Part shown: positions 9,770 through 20,310 of the stretch, piece after piece
How the letters are laid out: each line of letters opens with the position of its first letter
How positions within the stretch are numbered: position 1 is the first letter of the stretch
Assembly (NCBI GenBank): GCA_963702315.1
Contig: CAVPCA010000049.1
Span: 9,111 to 73,110 of the forward strand
Direction of reading: 5' to 3'
Source: an uncultured Pseudomonadota bacterium
Lineage (GTDB): Bacteria > Pseudomonadota > Gammaproteobacteria > Coxiellales > Coxiellaceae
Length of the DNA stretch: 64,000 bases
Translations under genes and position numbers: made by a program
The notes under the pieces: model-generated
Databases searched by the model: none
What the model saw: the letters and a program-made list of their open reading frames with translations, nothing else
What the model was told of the DNA's origin: nothing

Positions 9770-11176
9770 ATGACTCCATCCATTAGAACTTTTTTACTCA
9801 TCAATTTGCTACTGAGCGTAACACTGATTACCTCATTAGCGATTGTCGGAAATTTAGTACTCTCACATAAAGATATCCAAAAACAACTCGACACCCAATT
9901 AGTGCACACCGGCGTTAGTTTGCGGGCTTTTTTGAGTTCAAATCTCTCGCCGGAAGATATTCAAAGTATTCAAAAAAGTTTAGTGGTGGATCGTCAACTC
10001 GCATTAAATATGCCGATGATTTCACATCGTACGCCTTTATCCAATTCACCCGAAGAAAATAGTTTCTTTATTGAGTTTCAAGTTTGGGGGCCCAATAATC
10101 AAATGATTCTTCACTCACCTGCCGCACCATCAGTTCCATTTACCAACGGGAATTATGGTTTATCTACTGTTGACTTAAAAAATCAAAGATGGCGGGTTTT
10201 TACCGTCAGCGGTCAGGATCATCAAACGATTATGATTGCGGAGCACGCTAATTACCGACAAGCGCTTGAGAATCGTTTAACCCAAGATTCTATATTTATT
10301 ATGTTACTCAGTTATCCTTTTTTAGGTGTTCTGATCTGGTTTATTGTGGGTAGAGCGCTGTTGATTCTAAAAAAAGTCACGCGTGAAGTGAGTCATCGCG
10401 CACCGAGTTATCTTGAACCCTTTGATTTATCTTCAGTCCCATCGGAAATCACGCCCTTAGTCGAAGCTTTAAACAATTTATTTGGCAGATTACACGATGC
10501 CTTTGAAAGAGAAAAACGCTTTACCGCCGACGCTGCCCATGAACTTAAAACGCCGTTAGCCGCCATCAGCGCGCAAGCACAGGTGGCTTTACGCACGCAG
10601 GAGGAACAATCCCGCCGCGAAGCACTTTCCAAAATTTTAGCGGGTGTGCAACGCAGTACTCACGTTATACAACAACTGCTCACATTGAGTCGCATGGTGC
10701 CTGAGGCGACCATTCAAGAAACCGCGCCGATTCGGCTGAGCCGCGAAGTAACAGATATAGCGGCCATGCTGGCGCCAGAAGCCATCCATAAAAATATTGA
10801 ATTAGAATTCCTCTCCCCTGACAGCACAGCTTGTATTTTAGGAAGCGCCACAGCCATAGGCATACTGATCAGGAATTTAATTGATAACGCTATTCGCTAT
10901 ACGCCAAAAAACGGCTTGATAACAATATCGATTGAGGAAACCGCCAAACATGTCACGTTCATTGTGCAAGATAATGGGCCCGGCATTCCAAAAGAATTGC
11001 GCGAACGCGTATTTGAACGTTTCTACCGCATCGTCGGAAACGAAAGCCCGGGCAGCGGCCTAGGCCTTGGCATCGTCATGCAAATCGCCAAGTTACACAA
11101 CGCCGAAATCCAACTGCTAACCCCCGAATCCGGCGCCGGCCTCGAAGTCCGCGTTAAATTTCCCAAAGCAAAATAA
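9770..11176 (+). CDS. sensor histidine kinase (QseC/PmrB-like)
   Basis: Two TM segments, an H-box AAHELKTPL, and N/G boxes DNAIRY, DNGPGI and GSGLGLGI. It sits directly downstream of the regulator. Confidence 0.9.
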   Translation: MTPSIRTFLLINLLLSVTLITSLAIVGNLVLSHKDIQKQLDTQLVHTGVSLRAFLSSNLSPEDIQSIQKSLVVDRQLALNMPMISHRTPLSNSPEENSFFIEFQVWGPNNQMILHSPAAPSVPFTNGNYGLSTVDLKNQRWRVFTVSGQDHQTIMIAEHANYRQALENRLTQDSIFIMLLSYPFLGVLIWFIVGRALLILKKVTREVSHRAPSYLEPFDLSSVPSEITPLVEALNNLFGRLHDAFEREKRFTADAAHELKTPLAAISAQAQVALRTQEEQSRREALSKILAGVQRSTHVIQQLLTLSRMVPEATIQETAPIRLSREVTDIAAMLAPEAIHKNIELEFLSPDSTACILGSATAIGILIRNLIDNAIRYTPKNGLITISIEETAKHVTFIVQDNGPGIPKELRERVFERFYRIVGNESPGSGLGLGIVMQIAKLHNAEIQLLTPESGAGLEVRVKFPKAK

Positions 11177-11200
11177 CGTAAATTACCCACGCTTCTATCT

Positions 11201-11278
11201 CAACTTATCCCATACCCCGTGAATATTTCCCACCGCCGCCAACTCGCTGGTTTAGGTGCTCCACGGGTCCTGTCAGCT
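11201..11278. repeat. intergenic repeat family B, copy 1 (truncated)
   Basis: TCAACTTATCCCATACCCCGTGAATATTTCCCACCGCCGCCAACTCGC..CCACGGGTCCTGTCAGCT is about 90 percent identical to 21362-21439. Confidence 0.7.
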
Positions 11279-11280
11279 AA

Positions 11281-11326
11281 AAAAAAAACCCAGAGATCTT
11301 TTCAGATTCTGGGTTTTATGTTTTTT
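11281..11326. terminator. bidirectional rho-independent terminator between convergent genes
   Basis: A-run, hairpin CCCAGAGATC..GATTCTGGG (11289-11313), then a T-run. Confidence 0.6.
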
Positions 11327-11341
11327 AAATTAAAGAAATAA

Positions 11342-11704
11342 TTAGTAGCTTCCGCCGGGACGGCCGCCGCCGTTGCCACCGCGAGGCCCGCCGCCTGAGC
11401 GGCCACCGAAGCCACCGGATCTACCACCACCTGAACGGCCGCCACCAGCTTCACGTTCTTTTGGCGGTTTGGCAATGCTTACTTTGATCGTACGACCATC
11501 GACTTCTTTGCCATTCATCTCTAACGCCGCTTGAGCAGCATTTTGATTTTCAAAGGTAATAAATCCAAAGCCTTTCGAACGATTTGTAGCGCGATCCATT
11601 ACAATCACCACACTGGAAATCTGCCCATATTTAGCAAAATGCTGAGACAGTTGGTCTTCCCCTGTTCGATAAGATAAATTACCCACATAGATTTTCGTAT
11701 TCAT
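11342..11704 (-). CDS. RRM-type RNA-binding protein with Gly/Arg-rich tail
   Basis: RNP-2 motif IYVGNL, RNP-1 motif KGFGFITF, and a C-terminal GGRSGG repeat tail. The start was moved to MNTKIYVG. Confidence 0.85.
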   Translation of the reverse strand: MNTKIYVGNLSYRTGEDQLSQHFAKYGQISSVVIVMDRATNRSKGFGFITFENQNAAQAALEMNGKEVDGRTIKVSIAKPPKEREAGGGRSGGGRSGGFGGRSGGGPRGGNGGGRPGGSY

Positions 11705-11940
11705 GTTTAACACTCTCAAAATAAATTAACAACAATGCAGAGCAGACCATTCAGAGAGCATAAACACGCCGACTCAAAATGCTTGCAGTGCTTTCCACGA
11801 CAGTAGCACACATAGTAACTCATGTCCAGAACAATTATAGCATTATCATTCGCTTCGCTCAAGCGCCCCTCAAGGAAAAAATTCATTAAAAACAGAGATA
11901 AACCCTAATGGAAAATCTCCTAATCAGTCTACAAAAAAAG

Positions 11941-11975
11941 TTATTCACAAAAACTGTGGATAACTCTGTTGATAA
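11941..11975. promoter_or_regulatory. cluster of three DnaA-box-like 9-mers
   Basis: TTATTCACA (11941-49), TGTGGATAA (11955-63, a perfect TTATCCACA on the other strand) and TGTTGATAA (11967-75, one mismatch). Confidence 0.45.
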
Positions 11976-12170
11976 CATATCGAATAGAAATATTTTCTAG
12001 GCTAAATTTGAGTACTTAGCACAGATTGATTTTAGTTTGAACAAATATTATTTTCTAAAAATCAATAACTTAGGTGAACCTCAGTTATTTCATCCATTGC
12101 GCCCTAGCAATTCATGCTCACTTATATATAATCGAAGAACCCTGTGTGCAACTAATCGATTTTTTTATTC

Positions 12171-14708
12171 ATGTTTAATAAAACTCTGCTGCAAATAGAT
12201 ACAAATGTTTTAATTATCACGGCCACCAGTCGTTTAGCTAAAATGATGAGCTATGCTTATGATCAAGAACGAATTACCCAGGGCAAAACCACTTGGCAGC
12301 CTTTTCCAGTTAAGCCTTGGAAAGAATGGATAAAGGAGTTATGGCTATCCCAACACTCAAGGCCAGAATCACTTTTAAACCCCCAGCAAGAACATGCGCT
12401 TTGGTTAGAAACTACCGAACAGCCTTATGCGTTGGTAGAAGAAATTCAAAAAGGCTGGAGATTAGTTCAGGATGAGTTAATCCCTTTAGCTGAATTAAAA
12501 AAACAAGCATCCACTTTAGAGACTCAGCAATTTTGTGAATGGATAGAAAAATTTCTGAACGTTTTAGAGACGCATGATTGGGTTCCTGAAAGCATGCTCG
12601 GCTGCAAACTGCTGCAATTAGGTAGAGAACAAGTTATCTCATTACCTGGCATGATCAAACTCGTCGGCTTTGAGGAATTAACACCCATTCAAAAGGCGCT
12701 GATTGAACTCTTTAAAAAAACCAGTCAAATTATTCAACATCGCTCGCATCATCCAACCAGCCACCCACTCCTGCGAAGTTTCCCAGATTTTTCAACAGAA
12801 CTGCAACACATGGCATTGTGGGTTAAAGAACAAATAGAAAAAAATAGATTGCAATCGATTGCTTGTATCAGCCCTCATTTATCTCAATACCGTCAGCAAA
12901 TCCTGCAAACGTTTAATCGCATATCCTTCAAGAAAAGTATCGCATATCGCATCTCGGGCGGCGAACCCTTGGCAAATTTTCCTTTGATCGCCATTGGCTT
13001 TGAAGCGTTAAAGTTGGGATTGGGGAATGTTGATTTAGAAACCATTAGCACAATTTTACAATCACCCTATTTATGCCAAAACCCAGCCGATATCAATATG
13101 GGTGCTTTTTTAGCTGAAGAATTGCGTAACGGTCAAAAATCAGAATTGCCATTAAGCGCTTTCTTCAAACCTTTGGCCGCTTGGCAAAACTATTATCCAC
13201 AAAATACGTGGGTGCAAAGATGGCGAAATTTTCTGCACATTATCGAAACACTGCCTGCGGAAGCTTTACCCAGTGAATGGGCGGAAATGTTCCACGCGCA
13301 ATTGATTGCTTTGGGCTGGCCCGGCGCACACGTCAAAAATCATGCCGAATTTCAACTGACCACACGTTGGCGCGAATTTCTCGAAGAATTTACCGGTTTA
13401 GATCCACTGACCGGAAAAATCACCCAACTGAAAGCCTATCGTTTATTCGCTCACTTACAAAAAAGAATTTTATTTCAACCTAAGCAAGCCGAAGAAGAAC
13501 ACATTCAAGTGCATATTTTAGATATGTTGGAAACCTCCGGCTTAGAATTTAACGCCATTTGGGTGATGGGTTTGAATGAAGAAAATTGGCCGCGCCCACC
13601 GCAAATTAACGTTTTTTTACCCTATGCTTTGCAGGAAAAAAATAAAGAATGGGAATATGCATATAAAACGACACCACGTTTACAAAAATCTGCTCCTGAA
13701 ATTGTATTTAGCTATTCTGCAAATACATCCGGCCAAACGCCGGAGCCCAGCTCACTGATCAAAGATTTCAATTCTTGCCAGGATAACAAGACCTCCCCTG
13801 CTTTTTGGCCATTCTGGAAAGATGAAATCGGTAAAGCCGTGGAAGAATATGATGAAGAATATGCGCCGCCACTCAATCCTGCAGAAAAAGTGCGCGGCGG
13901 CAGTAAAATATTCACGCTGCAGGCTGAATGTCCTTTTAAAGCATTTGCAACAATTCGTTTAGAGGCCAATCCGTTAAATAAACCCGTTTTAGGCATTTCA
14001 CTCAAAGAACAAGGTAAATTATTACATCTATGTTTAGAAAAAATTTGGAAGCATTTAAAAAATCAAGAAAATCTACTTGCTCACTCAGAAACCACTTTAA
14101 ATGATTTATGTCAACAAACCACACAATCAGTTGTGCAAGGCAATACGATATTTGTGACGGTTGAACAAACTCGTTTAAAAAAAATATTATTGCGCTGGTT
14201 AAATTTAGAAAAAGCAAGACCCCCTTTCGCTGTTCTGGAACAAGAAACCAAGCGTTATGTGAACATTGGCGATTTAAATTTAACTTTGCAAATAGATCGA
14301 ATTGATCAACTCAATCATGGCAATTTGATGCTTATTGATTACAAAACAGGAAAACAAAATATCCAGAGTTGGTTTAAACCCCGTCTCGAACAACCACAAC
14401 TGCCTTTGTATTGTATTTTCGGCAATACTGCCAATACCGCTTTTTCGGCTTTAGCATTTGCTGAATTTCGTCCTGACCATTTAAAATTTACCGGCATTCA
14501 TGACGAAAACCTAACGGATTCAGATTATTTTCCAACAGGCGTTAAATCTGCAGAAAATTGGCAAGCATTGTTAGATGATTGGCGAGATCAATTACAAATA
14601 TTAAGCAATGAATTTTGCCGCGGATACGCCATTAAAGATCCCGGCGGAGAAAAAACGCCTTGCCGGAATTGCTCACTGCATTCACTATGCCGCATTCAAG
14701 AAGGGTGA
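12171..14708 (+). CDS. addB: AddB-type helicase-nuclease subunit (PD-(D/E)XK nuclease with Fe-S Cys staple)
   Basis: 845 aa. It has a C-terminal LIDYKTG nuclease motif and the Cys pattern C..(n)..CRNCSLHSLC. It lies directly upstream of addA. Confidence 0.7.
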   Translation: MFNKTLLQIDTNVLIITATSRLAKMMSYAYDQERITQGKTTWQPFPVKPWKEWIKELWLSQHSRPESLLNPQQEHALWLETTEQPYALVEEIQKGWRLVQDELIPLAELKKQASTLETQQFCEWIEKFLNVLETHDWVPESMLGCKLLQLGREQVISLPGMIKLVGFEELTPIQKALIELFKKTSQIIQHRSHHPTSHPLLRSFPDFSTELQHMALWVKEQIEKNRLQSIACISPHLSQYRQQILQTFNRISFKKSIAYRISGGEPLANFPLIAIGFEALKLGLGNVDLETISTILQSPYLCQNPADINMGAFLAEELRNGQKSELPLSAFFKPLAAWQNYYPQNTWVQRWRNFLHIIETLPAEALPSEWAEMFHAQLIALGWPGAHVKNHAEFQLTTRWREFLEEFTGLDPLTGKITQLKAYRLFAHLQKRILFQPKQAEEEHIQVHILDMLETSGLEFNAIWVMGLNEENWPRPPQINVFLPYALQEKNKEWEYAYKTTPRLQKSAPEIVFSYSANTSGQTPEPSSLIKDFNSCQDNKTSPAFWPFWKDEIGKAVEEYDEEYAPPLNPAEKVRGGSKIFTLQAECPFKAFATIRLEANPLNKPVLGISLKEQGKLLHLCLEKIWKHLKNQENLLAHSETTLNDLCQQTTQSVVQGNTIFVTVEQTRLKKILLRWLNLEKARPPFAVLEQETKRYVNIGDLNLTLQIDRIDQLNHGNLMLIDYKTGKQNIQSWFKPRLEQPQLPLYCIFGNTANTAFSALAFAEFRPDHLKFTGIHDENLTDSDYFPTGVKSAENWQALLDDWRDQLQILSNEFCRGYAIKDPGGEKTPCRNCSLHSLCRIQEG

Positions 14709-14717
14709 GGTAAAAAT

Positions 14718-17700
14718 ATGCTTATGCAAAACGATGAAAAAGAAAGAGAACTTGCTTTAGATTGCACAAAATCTTTTATTGTGCAGGCGCCTGCCGGTTC
14801 GGGTAAAACTGAATTATTAACGCAGCGTTATTTAACTTTATTAGCGCATGCTTGCCAACAGCCCGAGGAAATTATTGCCATTACTTTTACCCGCAAAGCG
14901 GCTATTGAAATGAAAAATCGAGTTTTTGCTGCTTTAGAGCTTGCGAAACAGGCTACTGCTCCGCAGGAAATGCATCGACTGAAAACTTGGGAATTAGCAA
15001 AAGCGGTTTTAGAGATCAATCAAACTCAACATTGGCGATTATTAGAAAATCCGCAACGATTGCAAATTTTTACAATCGATGCTTTTTTAGCGCAATTAAT
15101 CAAAAAAACACCGCTAACAGCTGGCGCAACTCCATCTTGCCGCTTTGTAGAAGACGCAACAGTCTATTATACGCAAGCGACCGAAGAAATTTTGAAAAGC
15201 TTAGCCTCTAATAACTCAGCAGCACTTAAAACGCTTTTATTGCATTTGGAAAATCAGGTTGCTAAGTTAGTGGAACTCTGTGTGTCATTATTAAGTAAAC
15301 GCGACCAATGGTTGCCTTATATTGTGCCGGCCCAATCGAATCCGCTTTTGCTAAAAGAACATATGGAAAAAGGATTATATCATTGTGTAGAAGAAGCTTT
15401 AGGCAAGGCCAATGCACTTTTTAGCGCAGAATTAAAAACACGGCTTTTTCCCCTCTTAAAATGGACAGCATGGCCAAAAGCCAACCCTGAATCCTATGCA
15501 AAGTGGCAAGCCTTAGCCAATTTATTCTTAACCCAAGGGGGAGAATGGCGCAAAAAAGTGGACACGCGCCAAGGGCTTCCTCCTAAATCAGCGGAAAAAA
15601 AACAATTTGAAGAAATTCTCGCGGCATGTCAAGACAATTTTTCACTGCAAAAACACTTGCAAGCCATTCAAAATTCCCCACCTTTGCATTACAAACCCGA
15701 ACAATGGCAGATCATTGCCATTCTTTTGGAATTGTTACCGATACTTGCCGCACAATTGCAATCGATTTTTCAACAACAAAACGTGATGGATTTTGTCGAA
15801 CTGAATTTAGCAGCCTCACGCGCTTTAGGTGAAGAAGATCAACCCTCGGATTTAAATCTCAAACTGGATTATCAGATCAAGCATATATTGATTGATGAAT
15901 TTCAAGATACTTCCGTTATGCAGTTTAATTTACTTAAGAAATTAATTTCCGGATGGCAGCCGGATGCAGAAAGAACCTTATTTTTAGTGGGCGACCCTAT
16001 GCAGTCCATTTATCGTTTTCGCAATGCTGAGGTTGGTTTATTTTTTCGCGTAAAACAACAAGCCTTATCTCATTATTTGCATATTCAATCTTTACAGTTG
16101 AAAACCAATTTCCGTTCTTCACCTGAATTAATCAATTGGTTTAATGCAATATTTCCAGAGATTATGCCCGCAAAAATCGATTTAGCCACAGGCGCCATAC
16201 CTTATCACGCTTCCTTATCCGCTCATTCTTTTAATGCTGCAACACCTGCTGCTGCAACAGAGTTTTATTTTTTTTCGGATGATCGAGCAGAAGCGCAAGC
16301 AGTGACCGCTTTGATAGAGCAGTATCAAGCACAAAAACCAGATAACACGATCGCTGTCCTTGTGCGTTCACGTACGCATTTAAAAGAAATATTACTGGCG
16401 TTACAGCTTAAAGCTATTCCCTTTCAGGCGATAGACATTAATCCACTCGCCGCCAAAAGTGAAGTACTTGACCTTGTGGCTTTGGTTCGAGCACTGATGC
16501 ATCGCGCTGATCGCATCGCCTGGTTATCTTTGTTACGCGCCCCTTTTTGTGGATTATCTTTAGCAGATTTACACATTATTGCGCAAAACGCAGAGCATCG
16601 AACGATCTATGAATCGATCAATCAATCTAAACAATTACCACTCTCCGCTGATGGCCAATTGCGTATAGCACGTCTCCTTTCCGTTCTGCAACAGGCTTTT
16701 TTAAATCAAAACCGGACTGGCTTTGCCAACTGGATTGAAAATACTTGGATCAGTTTGGGGGGACCGTCTGGGTTGAATCATTTATCACAAATTGAAAATA
16801 TTCAAGCATTTTTTAACTTATTGCTGAGCTTAGAAGAAAAATCTGAACACTGGCACTTAGAAAGCTTAGAACGTGAGCTTAAAAAGCTATATGCCCCTTC
16901 ACAATCTCAAGCCAATCTTAAATTGCAAATCATGACTATTCATAAAGCAAAAGGCTTAGAATTCGACCATGTCATCGTACCGGCCTTACATAAAAAAATT
17001 GGCGTCGATGAACAAGCTTTATTGCTGTGGTTAGAAAGAGCCGGTGCGAAGGACAATGATTTAATTTTAGCGCCAATTAAAGAACGAGCTGGTGAAGATG
17101 ATCAGATCTACCGCTATTTGCGGCAAATCGAAATCGATAAATTAAATCATGAAAGTATTCGCTTACTTTATGTTGCCGCCACCCGCGCTAAATGCTCTTT
17201 AGATCTCCTGGCGACAGTTTCTCAAGACGAAAATTATCGCCCACCTGCCAATACTTTTTTGGAAAAACTGTGGCCTTTTTGTTTAAGGCAATATCATCGC
17301 TATCTGCAGAAAAATGAAATAGCCGCTACTTCAGAAAATAAAATGTTAGTTCCGCAAAAGCTAAAAAGAACGCCTGCTCGTTACACAACACCGTATTTTC
17401 TGGATCAGCCTATTTCCACTAAACCATTGCAAAACTCATCTGCTCCTGATTTCAAAGTAACTCATCTAAACGCCAAAACAGAGGGTATCGCCATCCATGA
17501 AGCGCTGGCTAGTCTAGCCAATTTGGGACATCAGCCTTCAGCAGCAGAATTCAACGCCCTCCTACACCGCCTACAGCAAAAATATCCGGCCCATATAGCG
17601 AATGTAGAATTAGCCTTGCAAAATACACTTAAAGATCCGCGTGGCGCTTGGATTTTATTTGGGCCTCATACAGAAGCAAAAACAGAATATGGCATAAAAG

Positions 17701-17951
17701 CTTATCTGGATAACCAAATCATTCATGCTATAATGGATCGCACTTTCGTGGATACTGTCGGCATTCGTTGGATTATCGACTACAAAACCACAGCTCCGGA
17801 GCTGGAAATCGCCGAACACCAAGCACAATTGGCGCGCTATGCGCGAATCATGACGCTGATGGAAAACCGTGAAATTCGGTTGGGATTATATTATCCACTA
17901 ACCAGCACGTGGAAAGATATTGAAATTGGGATAGTGACACATGGCTATTGA
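14718..17951 (+). CDS. addA: AddA-type UvrD-family helicase-nuclease
   Basis: 1,077 aa with Walker A APAGSGKT, helicase motifs IDEFQDT and VGDPMQSIYRFR, and a C-terminal IIDYKT nuclease motif. Confidence 0.8.
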   Translation: MLMQNDEKERELALDCTKSFIVQAPAGSGKTELLTQRYLTLLAHACQQPEEIIAITFTRKAAIEMKNRVFAALELAKQATAPQEMHRLKTWELAKAVLEINQTQHWRLLENPQRLQIFTIDAFLAQLIKKTPLTAGATPSCRFVEDATVYYTQATEEILKSLASNNSAALKTLLLHLENQVAKLVELCVSLLSKRDQWLPYIVPAQSNPLLLKEHMEKGLYHCVEEALGKANALFSAELKTRLFPLLKWTAWPKANPESYAKWQALANLFLTQGGEWRKKVDTRQGLPPKSAEKKQFEEILAACQDNFSLQKHLQAIQNSPPLHYKPEQWQIIAILLELLPILAAQLQSIFQQQNVMDFVELNLAASRALGEEDQPSDLNLKLDYQIKHILIDEFQDTSVMQFNLLKKLISGWQPDAERTLFLVGDPMQSIYRFRNAEVGLFFRVKQQALSHYLHIQSLQLKTNFRSSPELINWFNAIFPEIMPAKIDLATGAIPYHASLSAHSFNAATPAAATEFYFFSDDRAEAQAVTALIEQYQAQKPDNTIAVLVRSRTHLKEILLALQLKAIPFQAIDINPLAAKSEVLDLVALVRALMHRADRIAWLSLLRAPFCGLSLADLHIIAQNAEHRTIYESINQSKQLPLSADGQLRIARLLSVLQQAFLNQNRTGFANWIENTWISLGGPSGLNHLSQIENIQAFFNLLLSLEEKSEHWHLESLERELKKLYAPSQSQANLKLQIMTIHKAKGLEFDHVIVPALHKKIGVDEQALLLWLERAGAKDNDLILAPIKERAGEDDQIYRYLRQIEIDKLNHESIRLLYVAATRAKCSLDLLATVSQDENYRPPANTFLEKLWPFCLRQYHRYLQKNEIAATSENKMLVPQKLKRTPARYTTPYFLDQPISTKPLQNSSAPDFKVTHLNAKTEGIAIHEALASLANLGHQPSAAEFNALLHRLQQKYPAHIANVELALQNTLKDPRGAWILFGPHTEAKTEYGIKAYLDNQIIHAIMDRTFVDTVGIRWIIDYKTTAPELEIAEHQAQLARYARIMTLMENREIRLGLYYPLTSTWKDIEIGIVTHGY

Positions 17952-18834
17952 TATCTCGCATAAATTAATTGTCGCCATTTCATCACGGGCCTTATTTGAC
18001 CTGAATGAAAGTAATCGTATTTTTGAAGAAAAAGGGATTGATGAATACGCAAAATATCAAATTGAACATGAAAACGAAATCCTTAAACCAGGTGTTGCTT
18101 TTCACTTAGTCAAAAAATTCTTAAATCTAAACCAATTCGGCGATTTAGTTGAAGTGATTCTGTTATCCCGCAATAGTGCGGATACTGGTTTGCGTGTATT
18201 TAATAGTATTGAACATTACCATCTGGAGATTACCCGCGCGGTTTTTACCAATGGGCAAAGCCCTTATCAATATGTAAACGCTTTTGGCTCACATCTTTTT
18301 CTTTCCACCCATCGGTCAGATGTAGAAAATGCTTTAAAAGCAGGCTGCGCTGCGGCGACCATTCTTTCTGCGCAAATAGCTTCCCAGCCCAATCAAGAAT
18401 TACGTTTTGCTTTTGATGGCGACGCCGTTTTATTTTCTGATGAAGCTGAACGCGTTTTTCAGGAGCAAGGCTTATTGGCGTTTACCACCAGTGAAAAAAA
18501 ATCGGCCCAATGCCCTTTAAGCGGTGGGCCTTTTAAAGGTTTTTTAGCGGCGTTGCAAAAATTGCAACAATATCTACCAAAAGAAAATTGCCCCATTCGC
18601 ACCGCTTTAGTCACTGCGCGGCAAGCGCCTGCACATGAACGCGTGATTCGCACTTTGCGTTCCTGGCAAATACGTATTGATGAAGCATTTTTTTTGGGCG
18701 GCCTGGAAAAAAGCAATTTTTTACAGGCTTTTGGTGCAGATATTTTCTTCGATGATCAACAAGGACATTGTGAAACAGCGCGGGAAAAAGTCGCCACTGC
18801 TCATGTCCCGCACGGTCTGATGAATCAAAGTTAG
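17941..18834 (+). CDS. 5-prime-nucleotidase family protein (PF06189-like)
   Basis: The N-terminus ISSRALFDLNESNRIFEEKGIDEYAKYQ is recalled as typical of this family. It overlaps the addA stop by 11 nt. Confidence 0.55.
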   Translation: MAIDISHKLIVAISSRALFDLNESNRIFEEKGIDEYAKYQIEHENEILKPGVAFHLVKKFLNLNQFGDLVEVILLSRNSADTGLRVFNSIEHYHLEITRAVFTNGQSPYQYVNAFGSHLFLSTHRSDVENALKAGCAAATILSAQIASQPNQELRFAFDGDAVLFSDEAERVFQEQGLLAFTTSEKKSAQCPLSGGPFKGFLAALQKLQQYLPKENCPIRTALVTARQAPAHERVIRTLRSWQIRIDEAFFLGGLEKSNFLQAFGADIFFDDQQGHCETAREKVATAHVPHGLMNQS

Positions 18835-18844
18835 GAGGTGATCA

Positions 18845-19390
18845 TTGAAAGCTGACAATTTAATTTGGATTGATTTGGAAATGACGGGCCTTCACGTTGA
18901 CCATGATCATATTTTAGAAATCGCAACTCTGGTGACCAATTCGGATTTAGAAATACTGGCTGAAGGCCCAGCGATCGCTATTTTTCAGCCGGAAGAGGTA
19001 TTAAACACCATGGACGATTGGAATGTTCATCATCATTCACAATCAGGATTGTTGGATCGCGTGCGCAGCAGCCTTTTTGATGAAGCGCAAGCGCAAACGT
19101 TAACCTTAGAATTTTTGTCACAGTGGGTCCCACCCGCTAAATCCCCCATGTGCGGCAATAGCATCTGTCAAGACCGGCGTTTTCTTTGGAATTACATGCC
19201 GGCCCTGGAGATTTATTTCCATTACCGCAATTTAGATGTAAGCACGGTCAAAATCTTAGCCCAACGTTGGGCGCCGCAGGTGGCTGCCGGCTTGAGCAAA
19301 TCAACTACACACCAAGCCTTGCAAGATATCCGCGACTCAATTGAAGAATTGCGTTATTATCGGAAGAATTTCATCAAATGTAAGGAATAA
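18845..19390 (+). CDS. orn: oligoribonuclease
   Basis: 181 aa with [11 protein letters not shown], DEDDh exonuclease motifs and [17 protein letters not shown]. Confidence 0.9.
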   Translation: MKADNLIWIDLEMTGLHVDHDHILEIATLVTNSDLEILAEGPAIAIFQPEEVLNTMDDWNVHHHSQSGLLDRVRSSLFDEAQAQTLTLEFLSQWVPPAKSPMCGNSICQDRRFLWNYMPALEIYFHYRNLDVSTVKILAQRWAPQVAAGLSKSTTHQALQDIRDSIEELRYYRKNFIKCKE

Positions 19391-19394
19391 ATCT

Positions 19395-19991
19395 ATGTTT
19401 AATGTTTTATGTCCCATCATTGCCTATTTATTAGGCTCATTACAAACTTCATTACTGCTGATGAAACTCTTTAAATTTCCAGATCCACGTATCCACGGTT
19501 CTGGTAATACTGGAGCGACCAACGTTCTGCGTACCGCTGGCAAAAACAAAGCACTGATCACTTTGATGGGTGATTTGCTGAAGGGATTTGTCGCTGTGCT
19601 GATTGCAAAATTGTTGGGCGTGACGGGTTTCTTTTTAGCTGTGACTGCATTGGCTGCCGTCATTGGCCATATTTTCCCACTCTTTTTTCAATTTAAGGGC
19701 GGCAAAGGCGTGGCTACCGCGATCGGCGGTTTATTGCTGCTCTCCTTTTGGATTTCCATATTTTTAATGATTATTTGGCTGATCGTCGTTTTTACAACCC
19801 GCTACGTTTCACTGGCCTCGATTATTACCGCAGCGATCGCGCCTTTTTTAATGCTGGCCGCCAATACGCAATTTTTCTTTCCTTTGCTCGTCATGTCCGC
19901 ACTGATCATCTGGAAACATGCAGACAATATCCAGCGGTTACGCAAAGGTGTGGAACGCAAAGTTAAGTTGACACAAGGTAAGTCGAGCTAG
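19395..19991 (+). CDS. plsY: glycerol-3-phosphate acyltransferase PlsY
   Basis: Motifs GSGNTGATNVLR and FKGGKGVAT. The start was trimmed to MFNVLCPII. Confidence 0.9.
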   Translation: MFNVLCPIIAYLLGSLQTSLLLMKLFKFPDPRIHGSGNTGATNVLRTAGKNKALITLMGDLLKGFVAVLIAKLLGVTGFFLAVTALAAVIGHIFPLFFQFKGGKGVATAIGGLLLLSFWISIFLMIIWLIVVFTTRYVSLASIITAAIAPFLMLAANTQFFFPLLVMSALIIWKHADNIQRLRKGVERKVKLTQGKSS

Positions 19992-20046
19992 TAATGAATT
20001 CAAAAATCGGTTAAACTAGCGTTTTTTATAAATTAGGAGTTTATTT

Positions 20047-20307
20047 GTGGCCAATACCGCACAAGCAACCAAACGCGCAGAACAAAGTCAGCAACGCGCA
20101 GAGCGCAACGGCGCAGAGCGCTCTAAATTACGTACAGCAATCAAAAAAACCAGAAAAGACGTCAAAGAAACTCAGGGCCCGCTAGATTTAAAAGCCGTAA
20201 CCTCCCTTATCGACAAAAATGCCAGAAAAGGCATGATCCACAAAAACAAGGCCGCTCGCTTAAAGAGCCGCATGAACCGCAGCCTCAAAGCCAAAACTAA
20301 AGGCTAG
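20047..20307 (+). CDS. rpsT: 30S ribosomal protein S20
   Basis: 86 aa, basic, MANTAQATKRAEQS..., with a GTG start. Confidence 0.9.
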   Translation: MANTAQATKRAEQSQQRAERNGAERSKLRTAIKKTRKDVKETQGPLDLKAVTSLIDKNARKGMIHKNKAARLKSRMNRSLKAKTKG

Positions 20308-20310
20308 CTG

